27,630 bases of DNA from Ginkgo biloba (Eukaryota > Plantae > Ginkgophyta): assembly GCA_024626585.2 (NCBI GenBank), contig JANKJI020000004.1:64636909-64664538 (forward strand). Reading direction: 5' to 3'. Positions 12,544 through 25,316 of this stretch are shown piece by piece. A program made the translations under genes and the position numbers. Position 1 is the stretch's first letter. Each line of letters starts with the position of its first letter. Below the pieces are notes generated by a model. The model saw nothing but the letters and a program-made list of their open reading frames with translations, ran no database searches and was not told the DNA's origin.

Positions 12544-15500
12544 CCCAAATCCTGAATTAGATTATAATTCTATATGGAATAATAGTTTAATGCATGGATG
12601 GTTCAATTAACAAATCCCACTGTTATAAGTGTTGGTGTAATCCTCANNNNNNNNNNNNNNNNNNNNNNNNNNNNNNNNNNNNNNNNNNNNNNNNNNNNNN
12701 NNNNNNNNNNNNNNNNNCTCTAGGGTGGGGCAATTTATTCTATGAATCCTAACTAAGAATAAATAATTAAAAAAAAAAAATCAAATAGAAATAAAAATTA
12801 CTTGCTCAAAGTAAGAAATCTAAATGATTACAAAAAATAAAATTTATAGAAAGATTTTTTTTTTAAATGAACAAAAACATAAAAATGAAAGCATTAAATG
12901 ATAGAAATCCTAAAAGTGGATATTCTANNNNNNNNNNNNNNNNNNNNNNNNNNNNNNNNNNNNNNNNNNNNNNNNNNNNNNNNNNNNNNNNNNNNNNNNN
13001 NNNNNNNNNNNNNNNNNNNNNNNNNNNNNNNNNNNNNNNNNNNNNNNNNNNNNNNNNNNNNNNNNNNNNNNNNNNNNNNNNNNNNNNNNNNNNNNNNNNN
13101 NNNNNNNNNNNNNNNNNNNNNNNNNNNNNNNNNNNNNNNNNNNNNNNNNNNNNNNNNNNNNNNNNNNNNNNNNNNNNNNNNNNNNNNNNNNNNNNNNNNN
13201 NNNNNNNNNNNNNNNNNNNNNNNNNNNNNNNNNNNNNNNNNNNNNNNNNNNNNNNNNNNNNNNNNNNNNNNNNNNNNNNNNNNNNNNNNNNNNNNNNNNN
13301 NNNNNNNNNNNNNNNNNNNNNNNNNNNNNNNNNNNNNNNNNNNNNNNNNNNNNNNNNNNNNNNNNNNNNNNNNNNNNNNNNNNNNNNNNNNNNNNNNNNN
13401 NNNNNNNNNNNNNNNNNNNNNNNNNNNNNNNNNNNNNNNNNNNNNNNNNNNNNNNNNNNNNNNNNNNNNNNNNNNNNNNNNNNNNNNNNNNNNNNNNNNN
13501 NNNNNNNNNNNNNNNNNNNNNNNNNNNNNNNNNNNNNNNNNNNNNNNNNNNNNNNNNNNNNNNNNNNNNNNNNNNNNNNNNNNNNNNNNNNNNNNNNNNN
13601 NNNNNNNNNNNNNNNNNNNNNNNNNNNNNNNNNNNNNNNNNNNNNNNNNNNNNNNNNNNNNNNNNNNNNNNNNNNNNNNNNNNNNNNNNTATTATCAATT
13701 GAATATTATACAATGGAATGGGTGCATTCCTCTCCTCCTACTCTCCTTCCCTTTCTCCGAGAAGTAGTCATATGCCAATGTGAATGGTCCAAATGACTTT
13801 AATATGTGAATGAAAACAATTGATTTAATCATTATGGTACTAATATTTCTTAAGTGGTCTCTATGCAATGGAAATTTAAATCCAAAATAAGAGCCTTTAG
13901 GTGATAATGTAAATGTCTCAATACAAATTCCCCCTATTTAACTTTGTAAAAATGGATAGTTATATTATGAAATGAGCCTCATGATGTCAACCTTTGTCAA
14001 AAATCATAATACACCATATGGTATATTACATTATTCAAGATACTCTTCTTGAATTTATGACTCACTTTTGATGTATATAATGATGTTCATATTTCTTCGT
14101 TGTCTAATAATGTCATAAGAGAACTCATTCATTTATGTAGAAACCTTTTTGAAGTACAAATAAACTAAAGAATCCTCATGCATGCACTTAAAACTATAGA
14201 AAAAAAAAAAAAAAAGACACGTGTAAAGATAAATAATAATGCGAATGGCCACATAACACATTGCACATGAGAAAGTTAGGTCAATATGAGGGACCACAAT
14301 GTAAATGAATGAGATTAATGTACCATTGAAACATGCTAATATAATGTGAGTGATAAATGGAGTAATAACTTATAATAGGGTGATGATGTGGTAGAAATGG
14401 TGTATGAAATGAACTCTAACATGTGTGAAATATGTGTAATTTAAAGCTCTGAGTGCTTATAATAATATATAAATATGTTGACAACACTAATGAAAGGGTG
14501 TGAAAAGGGGCAATAAGACTAATGCTCCCATCCACATGAACTAAAGGGGCATGACAAGAAGACATTAGTGAGAATCCTCCAATAAAAGGAACATTCTCTA
14601 TATTATAATGACCTAGTGTCAAACTCGCTATTAATGGAAGTGTAGATACCAATCCATATAATAAAACATCATAAATAAAAATAATCCATATGCTAACAAG
14701 TACGCGAGAATAATGTTCCTTTCACAATAGGTACCAAGTAGAACTAGAAATAAGGTATAACTAGGAAACTATGATAGAATATTAAAAAAAAAAATTAAAA
14801 GTGTAGAAACATACATGAACCCATGAAAGTATTAACAAACATGTATTAATATCCCTATGAAAGTGCCAGAATGTAGGCATAAAAGTAAAACCCAAACATA
14901 TTTATGATCGAAGGGAAATCGATTTCTATGGTATTGTGCACTAAAAAATCATTTCATCTATAGGATCCTTTCTGGAAGAAAGGGATTGAAGGGAATTATC
15001 AAATATGTAACTGATTGTGCCTTGATCTCAGAGAAATGACAATTTCATCAATAAAACCTTCACAATTGTAGTGGATATCTTGTTGCAAATAACTTGACAA
15101 CTCTAGGTGAGAAAGAGGCATTTACCTATTACAGACATGGTGTGATTTGAGATTTTCTCCCTTCCCGTTCTTATCTTTTCAGGGAAGAAATGGGATTCGA
15201 AAAGAATGTTAAGATGAAGAAAACTTACANNNNNNNNNNNNNNNNNNNNNNNNNNNNNNNNNNNNNNNNNNNNNNNNNNNNNNNNNNNNNNNNNNNNNNN
15301 NNNNNNNNNNNNNNNNNNNNNNNNNNNNNNNNNNNNNNNNNNNNNNNNNNNNNNNNNNNNNNNNNNNNNNNNNNNNNNNNNNNNNNNNNNNNNNNNNNNN
15401 NNNNNNNNNNNNNNNNNNNNNNNNNNNNNNNNNNNNNNNNNNNNNNNNNNNNNNNNNNNNNNNNNNNNNNNNNNNNNNNNNNNNNNNNNNNNNNNNNNNN

Positions 15501-17145
15501 NNNNNNNNNNNNNNNNNNNNNNNNNNNNNNNNNNNNNNNNNNNNNNNNNNNNNNNNNNNNNNNNNNNNNNNNNNNNNNNNNNNNNNNNNNNNNNNNNNNN
15601 NNNNNNNNNNNNNNNNNNNNNNNNNNNNNNNNNNNNNNNNNNNNNNNNNNNNNNNNNNNNNNNNNNNNNNNNNNNNNNNNNNNNNNNNNNNNNNNNNNNN
15701 NNNNNNNNNNNNNNNNNNNNNNNNNNNNNNNNNNNNNNNNNNNNNNNNNNNNNNNNNNNNNNNNNNNNNNNNNNNNNNNNNNNNNNNNNNNNNNNNNNNN
15801 NNNNNNNNNNNNNNNNNNNNNNNNNNNNNNNNNNNNNNNNNNNNNNNNNNNNNNNNNNNNNNNNNNNNNNNNNNNNNNNNNNNNNNNNNNNNNNNNNNNN
15901 NNNNNNNNNNNNNNNNNNNNNNNNNNNNNNNNNNNNNNNNNNNNNNNNNNNNNNNNNNNNNNNNNNNNNNNNNNNNNNNNNNNNNNNNNNNNNNNNNNNN
16001 NNNNNNNNNNNNNNNNNNNNNNNNNNNNNNNNNNNNNNNNNNNNNNNNNNNNNNNNNNNNNNNNNNNNNNNNNNNNNNNNNNNNNNNNNNNNNNNNNNNN
16101 NNNNNNNNNNNNNNNNNNNNNNNNNNNNNNNNNNNNNNNNNNNNNNNNNNNNNNNNNNNNNNNNNNNNNNNNNNNNNNNNNNNNNNNNNNNNNNNNNNNN
16201 NNNNNNNNNNNNNNAAACCCATTTAGGATGTAAAATCAAATTAGATGTGGTGGAAATAAGTGCCACCTAAATTCAACATCCCACACTAATAATGTATTCA
16301 TCATACAATGGTCACAATAAAAACACTAGACAATGACACTTCAATGAATGCAAAGTGTGATTGTACCCATGTTGGAGGTATTGTAAGGAGAGATGCCAAC
16401 TCTTAAATTCAGCCTTGTTGATACGCAAGGTATGAATTTGTGCGCTTCAGTACCTCAATCTCGATGTTTGTCTATGGGTGAAAAACAATGATGATCCATT
16501 ATCAAGTGGAGAAGTCACATTTCTCCAATGTATCAATTAAACCTGCATGGAAATTTTAACATTCAACCATCAATGAAGAACATATGTTTTTAACACACAC
16601 ACATATATATATGTGCTTGGGTTTTTGGTACATTCTCCATGGCCTTCTACAAACAAACTTTCAAGTGTACTACAACATCTTTCAACATATATGTTTCCCT
16701 ACTCGCTGTGGGGCATAATAGTGATTTACATTCCAATGGCTTTTACAAAAATATGACGAACCGACATATTTACCAAAATTGTTGCTAGACTTACTAACAG
16801 GNNNNNNNNNNNNNNNNNNNNNNNNNNNNNNNNNNNNNNNNNNNNNNNNNNNNNNNNNNNNNNNNNNNNNNNNNNNNNNNNNNNNNNNNNNTTTCCTTCA
16901 AATGTTGTGTATTCTACAGGCTTTACTATAGAACTTGATAACGAACAATATAAAAAAACAACAAGAAGAGCCCTTATTCCATGCACAATCTTCTAATAAA
17001 TGTGTATAAGCATATACAATCAAATTTATAACATAAGCATCATATATGTCCATCTCTGTAAATGTTACCATAACAACTATGCATATCTATCAACCAAATT
17101 AACTAAGCTCTTCATGTTTTACTTCACAATACTTGTATATGTCGT

Positions 17146-18130
17146 TGTAGTTTAAAAGGGAAACTTTAGTAAGATTTGAAAACCAAAACTTAACATACAC
17201 AACAGGTTTTAAACAAGACACCATCACAAACAGAGACATAGAGAGTTTTATAAGTGGAGAAAACCATCAAGGGGTAGAAAAACTCCACTAATTGATTAAT
17301 AAAAATATGATAAGGCTTTTGCAAAGTTTTGTCATATTCCTCTTTTCAATCTAGAAGTCAAAAGAGACTTATCGACAAAACTCTTTTACAAGGTGTTTCC
17401 ATGTTCCTCTCTTCGAATTGGAGGTCAGAAAGACTTACAGGTAGAGACAAAGACTATTTCCCAGGGGAGCCAAATCACCTTCTTTGTTCTCTCTATTCTA
17501 TCATCCCCTTGTATGTTCTCTCTATTATGTTCATTCTTTTATCTACTGTCTCTTTGAATTCCCCTTCCCAAAAGAATTATCAAGAAGTCTTTTGACATTT
17601 TGGATACCCAAACGATTGAACCTTGANNNNNNNNNNNNNNNNNNNNNNNNNNNNNNNNNNNNNNNNNNNNNNNNNNNNNNNNNNNNNNNNNNNNNNNNNN
17701 NNNNNNNNNNNNNNNNNNNNNNNNNNTTTATATAATCCCTCTACACGATTATATCGTGTTTGCAAAGTTATACCGCATAAGTGCGTGGACTGGTCAAGTT
17801 CACTGTGACTGTGATGGTACCGCACCCAAGCACACCAAATCCCTCCATTGCATTTTTGCGTGCCCATAGTTCGTGCATTGACATGGTGAATTTGACTAGT
17901 CCATGCACTTATGCGATATTACTTTGCAACCTCGAGCACAGACAATGAAGATTCAACGCTGTGCAAACTATCCATTTTAGGCAAAAGATGATAAATTTTT
18001 ATATCTCTATTTTTTATTCCAAATAATTTTCTCAAAACCTTCTCATTATCCACTATATTGAACAAAAGTTTACAAAAAAAATCATATATGTAAAAAATAG
18101 ACAAAAAAAATACATAATTCTTGAAACCAA
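17146..18130. mobile_element. LTR-like repeat fragment, related to 19230-20430
   Basis: Shares TCTCTTTGAATTCCC.T.CCAAAA...ACATTTTGGAT.CC.AAA.G.TTGA with 19835-19905. Has an internal diverged ~67-bp tandem duplication at 17316-17456. Boundaries are approximate. Confidence 0.5.
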
Positions 18131-18399
18131 GAGAACAACCATAAGACCAAGGGTCAATATTTTCTTCTATGTTTTTATTTTTGGGGAAGTTAGGACATCT
18201 TCCTACCACTACCAATCCATTGTTAATAAGGTGGAATTCTCTATTTCCATCACTACCATAGTAGGATTTCATAGTTATCTTACATAGTTACTTTGGAATT
18301 AAGTGTGATCTTGATTTTATGATTTATGGTGCACATTTTAATATGAACTTCCTCCCACAACATAGGCCAAACTACATTAGGAAAAATTTACATACCTGA

Positions 18400-18860
18400 A
18401 GACATGGAATAAAAGTTAGGAGATTCCTAAAGGAGAAATTAAGGTGCAAATAAAGAAATATCAGAAGAAATATTTTATCGAAGTGAAGCAATACATCAAT
18501 AATATTGAAGCAAAACTAGCCAAAGACCTAAGAGAAATGAGGGATGAGATAAATAACCTCTCTAAATAACTCCTAAGAAACTATGAAAACCCCTACATAT
18601 CACCATAAATAGAAGGATGTCTAGAGCCTAAGGGAAAGGGGAAAATAGAGGATTTGTCGAGAATCAAAGGGGTATTTGAGGATTAAATTATAAAGAGAGG
18701 GACCTACCTCCTAAAGGTGGAGATTAGTAAATTTGATAGAATGAATGTAAGATCTTAGTTGATCCAATTGGAACAACATTTTATGTTGCACTAAGTTCCT
18801 AGAGATAAGAAGGTTGCACTAGCATTCTTACAAATGGCTAATGGACAACCATATGGGTAT
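18400..18860 (+). pseudogene. gag: Ty3/Gypsy gag N-terminal fragment
   Basis: KVEISKFDRMNVRS*LIQLEQHFMLH*VPRDKKVALAFLQM (~18715-18837) matches the gag pattern KFDG.N...W..Q+E..F......KV..A. Confidence 0.75.
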
Positions 18861-18893
18861 TCATTATGTACCCATATGGTTGTCCATTAGCCA
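18835..18893. repeat. Perfect 25-bp inverted repeat with 9-nt loop
   Basis: TGGCTAATGGACAACCATATGGGTA - TTCATTATG - TACCCATATGGTTGTCCATTAGCCA. Confidence 0.97.
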
Positions 18894-19229
18894 ACCATAT
18901 GGGTATATAATGTACTATCAATTTGTCCTTGCTTCTCTACATTTTAAATAACTATAATTATCCCATCTTCCTTTATTAGTAATATAAATATTCTTGAGGA
19001 ATTAATAATCCTCTTGTCTTGGCTTATTATTGTAAAATAAAGTAGCTCTAAATCACCCTATCCTAAAGGATATATCATTGGCCATTTCAAACAAACTAGT
19101 ACTGATTATGATTTATAATCATATAAGTTATGCTAGTTAAGATTCATCACATAGATATTCATACAAGTCTATGCTTATTGCCATATATTTTAATGTTGTT
19201 ATTTAATCTATAGAGTAGAGATAGCTTGA

Positions 19230-20430
19230 AAGATACAAGAAAAAATAGTGCTAAAATAAAGGAAAATACATAGAGACTTTGTTTACCTTAGAGAAACCTC
19301 AGAGTAATAAAAAAATCTAGCTTGAANNNNNNNNNNTGCTCATATTATTGTTCAATAAATCAAGAGATATTACATATAAAGGTACATAAGTACTCCCCAA
19401 CATAGTCCATAGATCACTAGGTGCATGACATATAGTAATCATTCTTCTTTATTTATCTTCTGTTGGCTAAGAGAAGTACATAAAAAGGTACAAAAATATA
19501 GAGCTCATTATGTCTATGACTTACTATAATTCTTTCTCTATTTATCCTTTTCTATGTTCTCCCTTGCTTCTACTCTATGTCTTTGTATCTATGCTATGGT
19601 TTCAACTAGTCAAGAAGGAAATACATACAAAGTTCACGATTACTCCTTAATGAAGCTTATATATCATAAAAAGGTATAAAATAACATGGAAATTATTATG
19701 TTTGTGAATTACATCACCCATTTATGTTTCTCCTCTACTGTGCTCTCCTTTTCTTCATCCCTCTCTTTCTTTGGTCTAGTCTAATCTTTAGTTTTATTAT
19801 TCTTCTATTCCCCTTTTTCCTCTACTATTTTCTATCTCTTTGAATTCCCTTTCCAAAAAAATGGCCAAGGATATTTTAACATTTTGGATGCCTAAATGGT
19901 TGATTTGTGATAGAATTTTTAGAGGCATAATTTTAGAGATAGGTTCCATTTTTATACAGTCCAAAATTTGGTTGAAAAAATATTGTATAACCAACTTATG
20001 AACAAAATCCATTTTTCTATAATTCACCTTTTTTAGGGGGTAAACAAATGATTTAGGAGCTAAATTTTGGTGTACACATTGGATTTGTGTCACCATTCTT
20101 CAAGCAAAATTTTAGCCCATTTTCACATAGTATGACCAAGTTATGATCAAAATATCAATTGGTTTTGTTTGTCTATTTTCCTGTCAATCGATTGACTTGT
20201 CTTCCAGTCAATTGTTGACTGGTAGAAATCCAGAAGGACAAGCAATCACTAATGTATCTATAACTTTCAAACCATAACTTTGTTTTCTGCACTCTTGGGC
20301 TCGTTTCAAAGTTGACATGAAGGCTACAACTTTCCTTTGTTGACCAAAGTTTAAATATGTACGGATTTTACCCAAATTGACCTAAAGTTGATGATATAAA
20401 AAAGTGACAAAAAAATAGTTTAGATTCGAA
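19230..20430. mobile_element. LTR-like repeat fragment abutting the truncated integrase of element 3
   Basis: Similar to 17146-18130. Has short palindromes GTCAATCGATTGAC and CCAGTCAATTGTTGACTGG (20183-20222). No coding signal. Boundaries are approximate. Confidence 0.45.
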
Positions 20431-21476
20431 AATGGATCAAATGAACTTTAAAGAAGTGTCCAATAATCAAATATGATGTTGGAAGGAAGCCCAAAATGAG
20501 TCCACACATGCTCAAAGAAGAGTTTCGCAATCATCAAAGCATTGATAAATTTAGCATAAGTAATTAAAATTGGCATCTTGTTAAATCAATCCACAATCAC
20601 CAATATGGAATCACGATACCTCTGAGTCATGGGTAGCCTACTATAATCCATCGAAGTGGACTCCAAAGGTCTAAAAGCAATTAGAAATGATGTCTATAAG
20701 CCCACTTTCCTATTTTTAGGATTCAACTAAATGCAACAAGAATAGTGGTAAATGAAACTCTCAAACTTACTTTTACATGCCTGGGCAAAAGAAATATCTC
20801 TAAAGGGGAACTAGAATCTTAAACACACCAAAGAGTTTTAAAGAGTCTATTCCCATAAATAACCATGCTCTCCANNNNNNNNNNNNNNNNAGAACACAAT
20901 GTTTGCCCGTGTTGTAGAGATACCCATCATCTAATTGGTAGTCCAAGAATGACTTCCAATGAACTTGTCAAGAATAGTGAAGAGCAATATACATCAAGAT
21001 AAAGTTTAGATTCTACTCAAACATATCTCTCACCTATAGATAAAGGCACTTGGTTTCTATAATGCTTAAGAGGCTCACTATCAATGCCGTGCTCTAAAGA
21101 TAATTATCTTATTTTGTGCCCACTTTTCATATTTGATAAGACAACCACTTCATGTGGTTGTGCTCCTTAATCCTAGCCTAAGAATGTAGAAGCTACAATG
21201 GTTGATGATCAATATTGATAATTGTCAGTTTGCTAAGGAGAAAAATTTTCCAATATTTAAGAACATGAAAAAGAGCATAAGGCTTTTCTTTATGAGTGGA
21301 ATAATTGTAGTAGTAGAGAAGGTCTTCAAATTGTAAAAAATTATCCTTCATCCCTGGTTAAGCATAGTGCCCATTAACATAATATGAAGCATTAATCTTC
21401 ACTTTAAAAGCCAAACTCAAATTGGAAGAGCTAAAACAAATGTGTATAGTAAGTCCTTCAACCTATCAAATGCTCT

Positions 21477-22250
21477 CTAATATCTTGAAGACCAAGTGAA
21501 GGGTTTGAACTTTTTAGTAATCTCATACAAAAAAACAATAAGTCTTGAATATAAAGGAATGAACCTCCTATACAAGTTTGTCAATCCTAAGAAACTCCTT
21601 AAATCATGTAGACTCATGGGGAGGTGGTTAATCATACAAGACCTAAACCTTGTTAGGATCAATGTGCATTCCTTGTTGACCAACCACAAAACTGAAGTAA
21701 TGCACTAAAGTTTTGACTAGAATTAAATTTGGCCATATTGGCATATAAGCCATGGATGTGTAATTGCTCCAAAACTACTATCACATGCTTAAGGTGCTCT
21801 ACCCATGATCGATTGTGAATAAATATGTCATCAAAATATACCACCACAAATGTATCCAAAGTGGGCCTAAGGATGTCACTCATCATCCTCATAAAAGTAG
21901 TTAGGATATTAGTCAACTCAAATGGCATAACCTTCAAAACATACAAACAAAAGAGTGTTTTGAATGTTGTCTTCCAAATTTCTTTTGGNNNNNNNNNNNN
22001 NNNNNACTTTGGCCTAATGCTAGCCAAAGAGATCAACCTTTGAGAAGCACTTAGCCCCTTACAACGGATCAAGCAAATTATCGATGACTAGCAATCATTA
22101 CCTAGTTTTTACTATGGTTTTGTTGAGTGCCTAATGATCAATGCAAAGTCATCATATCTAGTTGTTCTTTACGATCAAAAGTAATGTTGACCACATAGGC
22201 TTGAACTAGGATGTATGTGGGCCTCATCAATAAACTATTGAAGCTACCTC
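21477..22250 (-). pseudogene. pol: Reverse transcriptase remnant of element 3
   Basis: ORFs 21659-22072 (contains YFDD) and 21477-21689 are consecutive frameshifted pieces. Confidence 0.95.
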
Positions 22251-23717
22251 TTCAACTTAAGTGACTCAAGCAGAAAGGTTTTGTGTACTTGTCCATTAGA
22301 AAGAATAGTAGGTGGAAGTAGGTTAATGTTATAAGCAACTACTCTTAAAAGTGAAAGCCCCTTAGACAACTCAATAACACATTGGAATAAAAATCTTAAA
22401 AAGCTATCAAATCAAGATTTCATCATCCACTCCTATAATTTGCATGCTAGAACACAACCTCATCAGTGTGACAATAGTAACAACAATGTGAATTGCTTTG
22501 TATTATTAATAAGCATTTTGCCTTGCTTAGGAGATACCTACTTAATTGATCCTATTGAGGAAGATAGTTAATCTATATGCCCCTCCTTAAGGAGATATTG
22601 GTTGGCTCTATTATCATAAATTATGTGTCTATCAGAATGGAATAGCAATCTAAGTAGCATGTCACAATAGTACATAGGTGCCACGCCAAAAGTGACCTCA
22701 TCAATGTACGATTGAATAGAAAAATTAATAATNNNNNNNNNNNNNNNNNNNNNNNNNNNNNNNNNNNNNNNNNNNNNNNNNNNNNNNNNNNNNNNNNNNN
22801 NNNNNNNNNNNNNNNNNNNNNNNNNNNNNNNNNNNNNNNNNNNNNNNNNNNNNNNNNNNNNNNNNNNNNNNNNNNNNNNNNNNNNNNNNNNNNNNNNNNN
22901 NNNNNNNNNNNNNNNNNNNNNNNNNNNNNNNNNNNNNNNNNNNNNNNNNNNNNNNNNNNNNNNNNNNNNNNNNNNNNNNNNNNNNNNNNNNNNNNNNNNN
23001 NNNNNNNNNNNNNNNNNNNNNNNNNNNNNNNNNNNNNNNNNNNNNNNNNNNNNNNNNNNNNNNNNNNNNNNNNNNNNNNNNNNNNNNNNNNNNNNNNNNN
23101 NNNNNNNNNNNNNNNNNNNNNNNNNNNNNNNNNNNNNNNNNNNNNNNNNNNNNNNNNNNNNNNNNNNNNNNNNNNNNNNNNNNNNNNNNNNNNNNNNNNN
23201 NNNNNNNNNNNNNNNNNNNNNNNNNNNNNNNNNNNNNNNNNNNNNNNNNNNNNNNNNNNNNNNNNNNNNNNNNNNNNNNNNNNNNNNNNNNNNNNNNNNN
23301 NNNNNNNNNNNNNNNNNNNNNNNNNNNNNNNNNNNNNNNNNNNNNNNNNNNNNNNNNNNNNNNNNNNNNNNNNNNNNNNNNNNNNNNNNNNNNNNNNNNN
23401 NNNNNNNNNNNNNNNNNNNNNNNNNNNNNNNNNNNNNNNNNNNNNNNNNNNNNNNNNNNNNNNNNNNNNNNNNNNNNNNNNNNNNNNNNNNNNNNNNNNN
23501 NNNNNNNNNNNNNNNNNNNNNNNNNNNNNNNNNNNNNNNNNNNNNNNNNNNNNNNNNNNNNNNNNNNNNNNNNNNNNNNNNNTGCTACTTTCTCTACATC
23601 CAAATGAAATTTAACAATTTGTTCCTTCAAACTTTCTAATTGTTCAGTTGAGGCCTACATGCCTATCTTCTACTTAAGAGCCATTGAATGTTTATAAACA
23701 AAAACACCACAAAGTAA

Positions 23718-23888
23718 ATATGAAGCAATGAGAAAGACAAAAGCAAAACAATCAATAAGCTAAAAAAATTTAAAATCTGCAAAAACACTCTAATACCAAT
23801 TGATATGAAGCAATGAAAAAGCAAAAAGCAAAAAAAATAGTAAGCTAAAAAATTTTAAAAACTGAAAAAAATTCTCTAATACCAATTG
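23718..23888 (-). repeat. Two-copy ~85-bp tandem duplication, each copy containing a tRNA-Met PBS
   Basis: ATATGAAGCAATGA...CTCTAATACCAATTG at 23718-23802 and 23803-23888. The minus-strand PBS is TGGTATTAGAG versus canonical TGGTATCAGAG. Confidence 0.92.
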
Positions 23889-23899
23889 ATGTGTTAAAA

Positions 23900-24640
23900 A
23901 GTGATGATTTCTTAAACAACCTAATATGCATAAGCGAAACACTTAGTGCATTCAAGAAAGAAAATTGAACTCAAAACAAAAACAAAGTGAAAATTAACTC
24001 TTGGATTATCTGTGTAGTCTATGGAAGCCATATCAGTCTGAGTCCAGTCGTTGCCCATATAGAGAAAGTCCGAGTGTTGGCTCTTTAGAAGGAAAGGTAC
24101 AATATTTTGCAACGATTCAGTAGCTTTCTCTCGATTGGGTGGCAGATTTTTTTGTTTTTGTTAGAATGTGAAAAGCAAGTAAAACAAGAGCGTGAGGAAA
24201 GAAATATTCTTGCATGGAAGACCCTTCCTTACCAATTAATTAGAGAAGTCCTATACCGATTATGATCGAATTATATATTGCATTGATGTGTGATACCTCA
24301 TGAACTTAGCAGTATCATTCGATAAGCACATGAAGGACCTACTAGTGACTATGTAGCAAGTGATGCCACAACACGTAAAATTTTACATGGAGGTTTATAA
24401 TGGCCCACTTTAGTCAATGATGTGAAGAAAAGGGTGAAAATGGATGACGCTTTCCAAAGGGTGGAAAAACCTAACAAGCAAATGCACGAACTCTACATAT
24501 CATTCTGGCTACCACCCCATTTGAACATTAAGGAATTAATTGTGTAGGCCCTATAAGTCCTACAACATGCAAGACCTTAGTACATTATATTTTGGCAACG
24601 ACAAACTTTGCAACCAAATGGTGTGAAGTGAAAGCCATTA
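23900..24640 (+). pseudogene. pol: Non-chromovirus (Athila/Tat-like) pol fragment: RNase H end to integrase core
   Basis: SEN*LLDYL...YQLIREVLYRL*SNYILH*CVIPHELSSIIR*AHEG...RKILHGGL*WPTLVND...FQR, then PFEH*GINCVGPI...YILATTNFATKWCEVKA. Confidence 0.88.
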
Positions 24641-24659
24641 TAGCAACCCTGGGAGGATA

Positions 24660-25015
24660 TGTTGGATTTTGAGGAAGAAGAATAGAAAATTGAAAGAGGG
24701 AATAAGAGTAATAATCAAAAAATTATTATTTTCCTCTTCACAAATCTTTGCATTATACATGCTTNNNNNNNNNNNNNNNNNNNNNNNNNNNNNNNNNNNN
24801 NNNNNNNNNNNNNNNNNNNNNNNNNNNNNNNNNNNNNNNNNNNNNNNNNNNNNNNNNNNNNNNNACATATCTAGATTACATGTATAAGAAACTTTGATTA
24901 TTACAAAGGATGGTCAAAACCATTTCATTACAAATATCTTTGGATGACAAATACAAGTAGTCAATTTTAATGATAAGGTATACATAGGCTCTCTATATGA
25001 CTCTTAAATTCAACA
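24660..25015. mobile_element. Probable short solo LTR (356 bp)
   Basis: TGTTGGA...TTCAACA inverted termini. The right flank ATATG also occurs overlapping the left terminus, an imperfect TSD. Marks the end of the integrase fragment. Confidence 0.5.
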
Positions 25016-25316
25016 ATATGAAAGGTGATATTATTCACATTATGATTATAAAAAGACACTAGAAAGGAAAACAGGCTCCCACATGCACCAAAGACACAAG
25101 GAAAGAAGGGTCACGATGTCTGTGATTAGAAACCCGCTGTACAGCTATAGGAGTTTCAAATTTCTTTAAATGTCACTCCCTTTTATGACAACGTTAAACC
25201 CACTTATTTCAAGTAGCCTGACTCAGAACACCCTTGCAAAGTGAAATGCCCAAAATTCTATAATTCTGGTTATATTGAGAATGCAGAACGCATACGCTCA
25301 TAGTCAAGTGAGTAAA

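Larger units (their letters stand above)
20440..23888 (-). mobile_element. Decayed chromovirus (CRM-like) Ty3/Gypsy internal region: PBS-gag-PR-RT-RH-partial INT (element 3)
   Basis: PR C-terminus YIDEVTFGVAPMYYCDMLL. RT KTTFKT..VMPFELTN..TFMRMM..FVVVYFDDIFI, then LRSFLGLTNLYRRFI. INT SMDY..LP.TQ..DSILVIVD..LFFEHVWTHFGLPSNII. tRNA-Met PBS present. Confidence 0.92.

Noticed and set aside
14960-15110. Possible integrase zinc-finger remnant (KGLKGIIKYVTDC, FTIVVD)
   Set aside because: Motifs too short and discontinuous to support without a search.
23718-23888. CRISPR-like repeat-spacer array
   Set aside because: Only two whole-unit copies, no unique spacers, and eukaryotic retrotransposon context.
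23887-24300. Initially read as the 5' LTR of element 3 (TG after the PBS, CA at 24300)
   Set aside because: The interval translates on the plus strand as a continuous RH-INT linker and integrase N-terminus, so it belongs to another element's pol.
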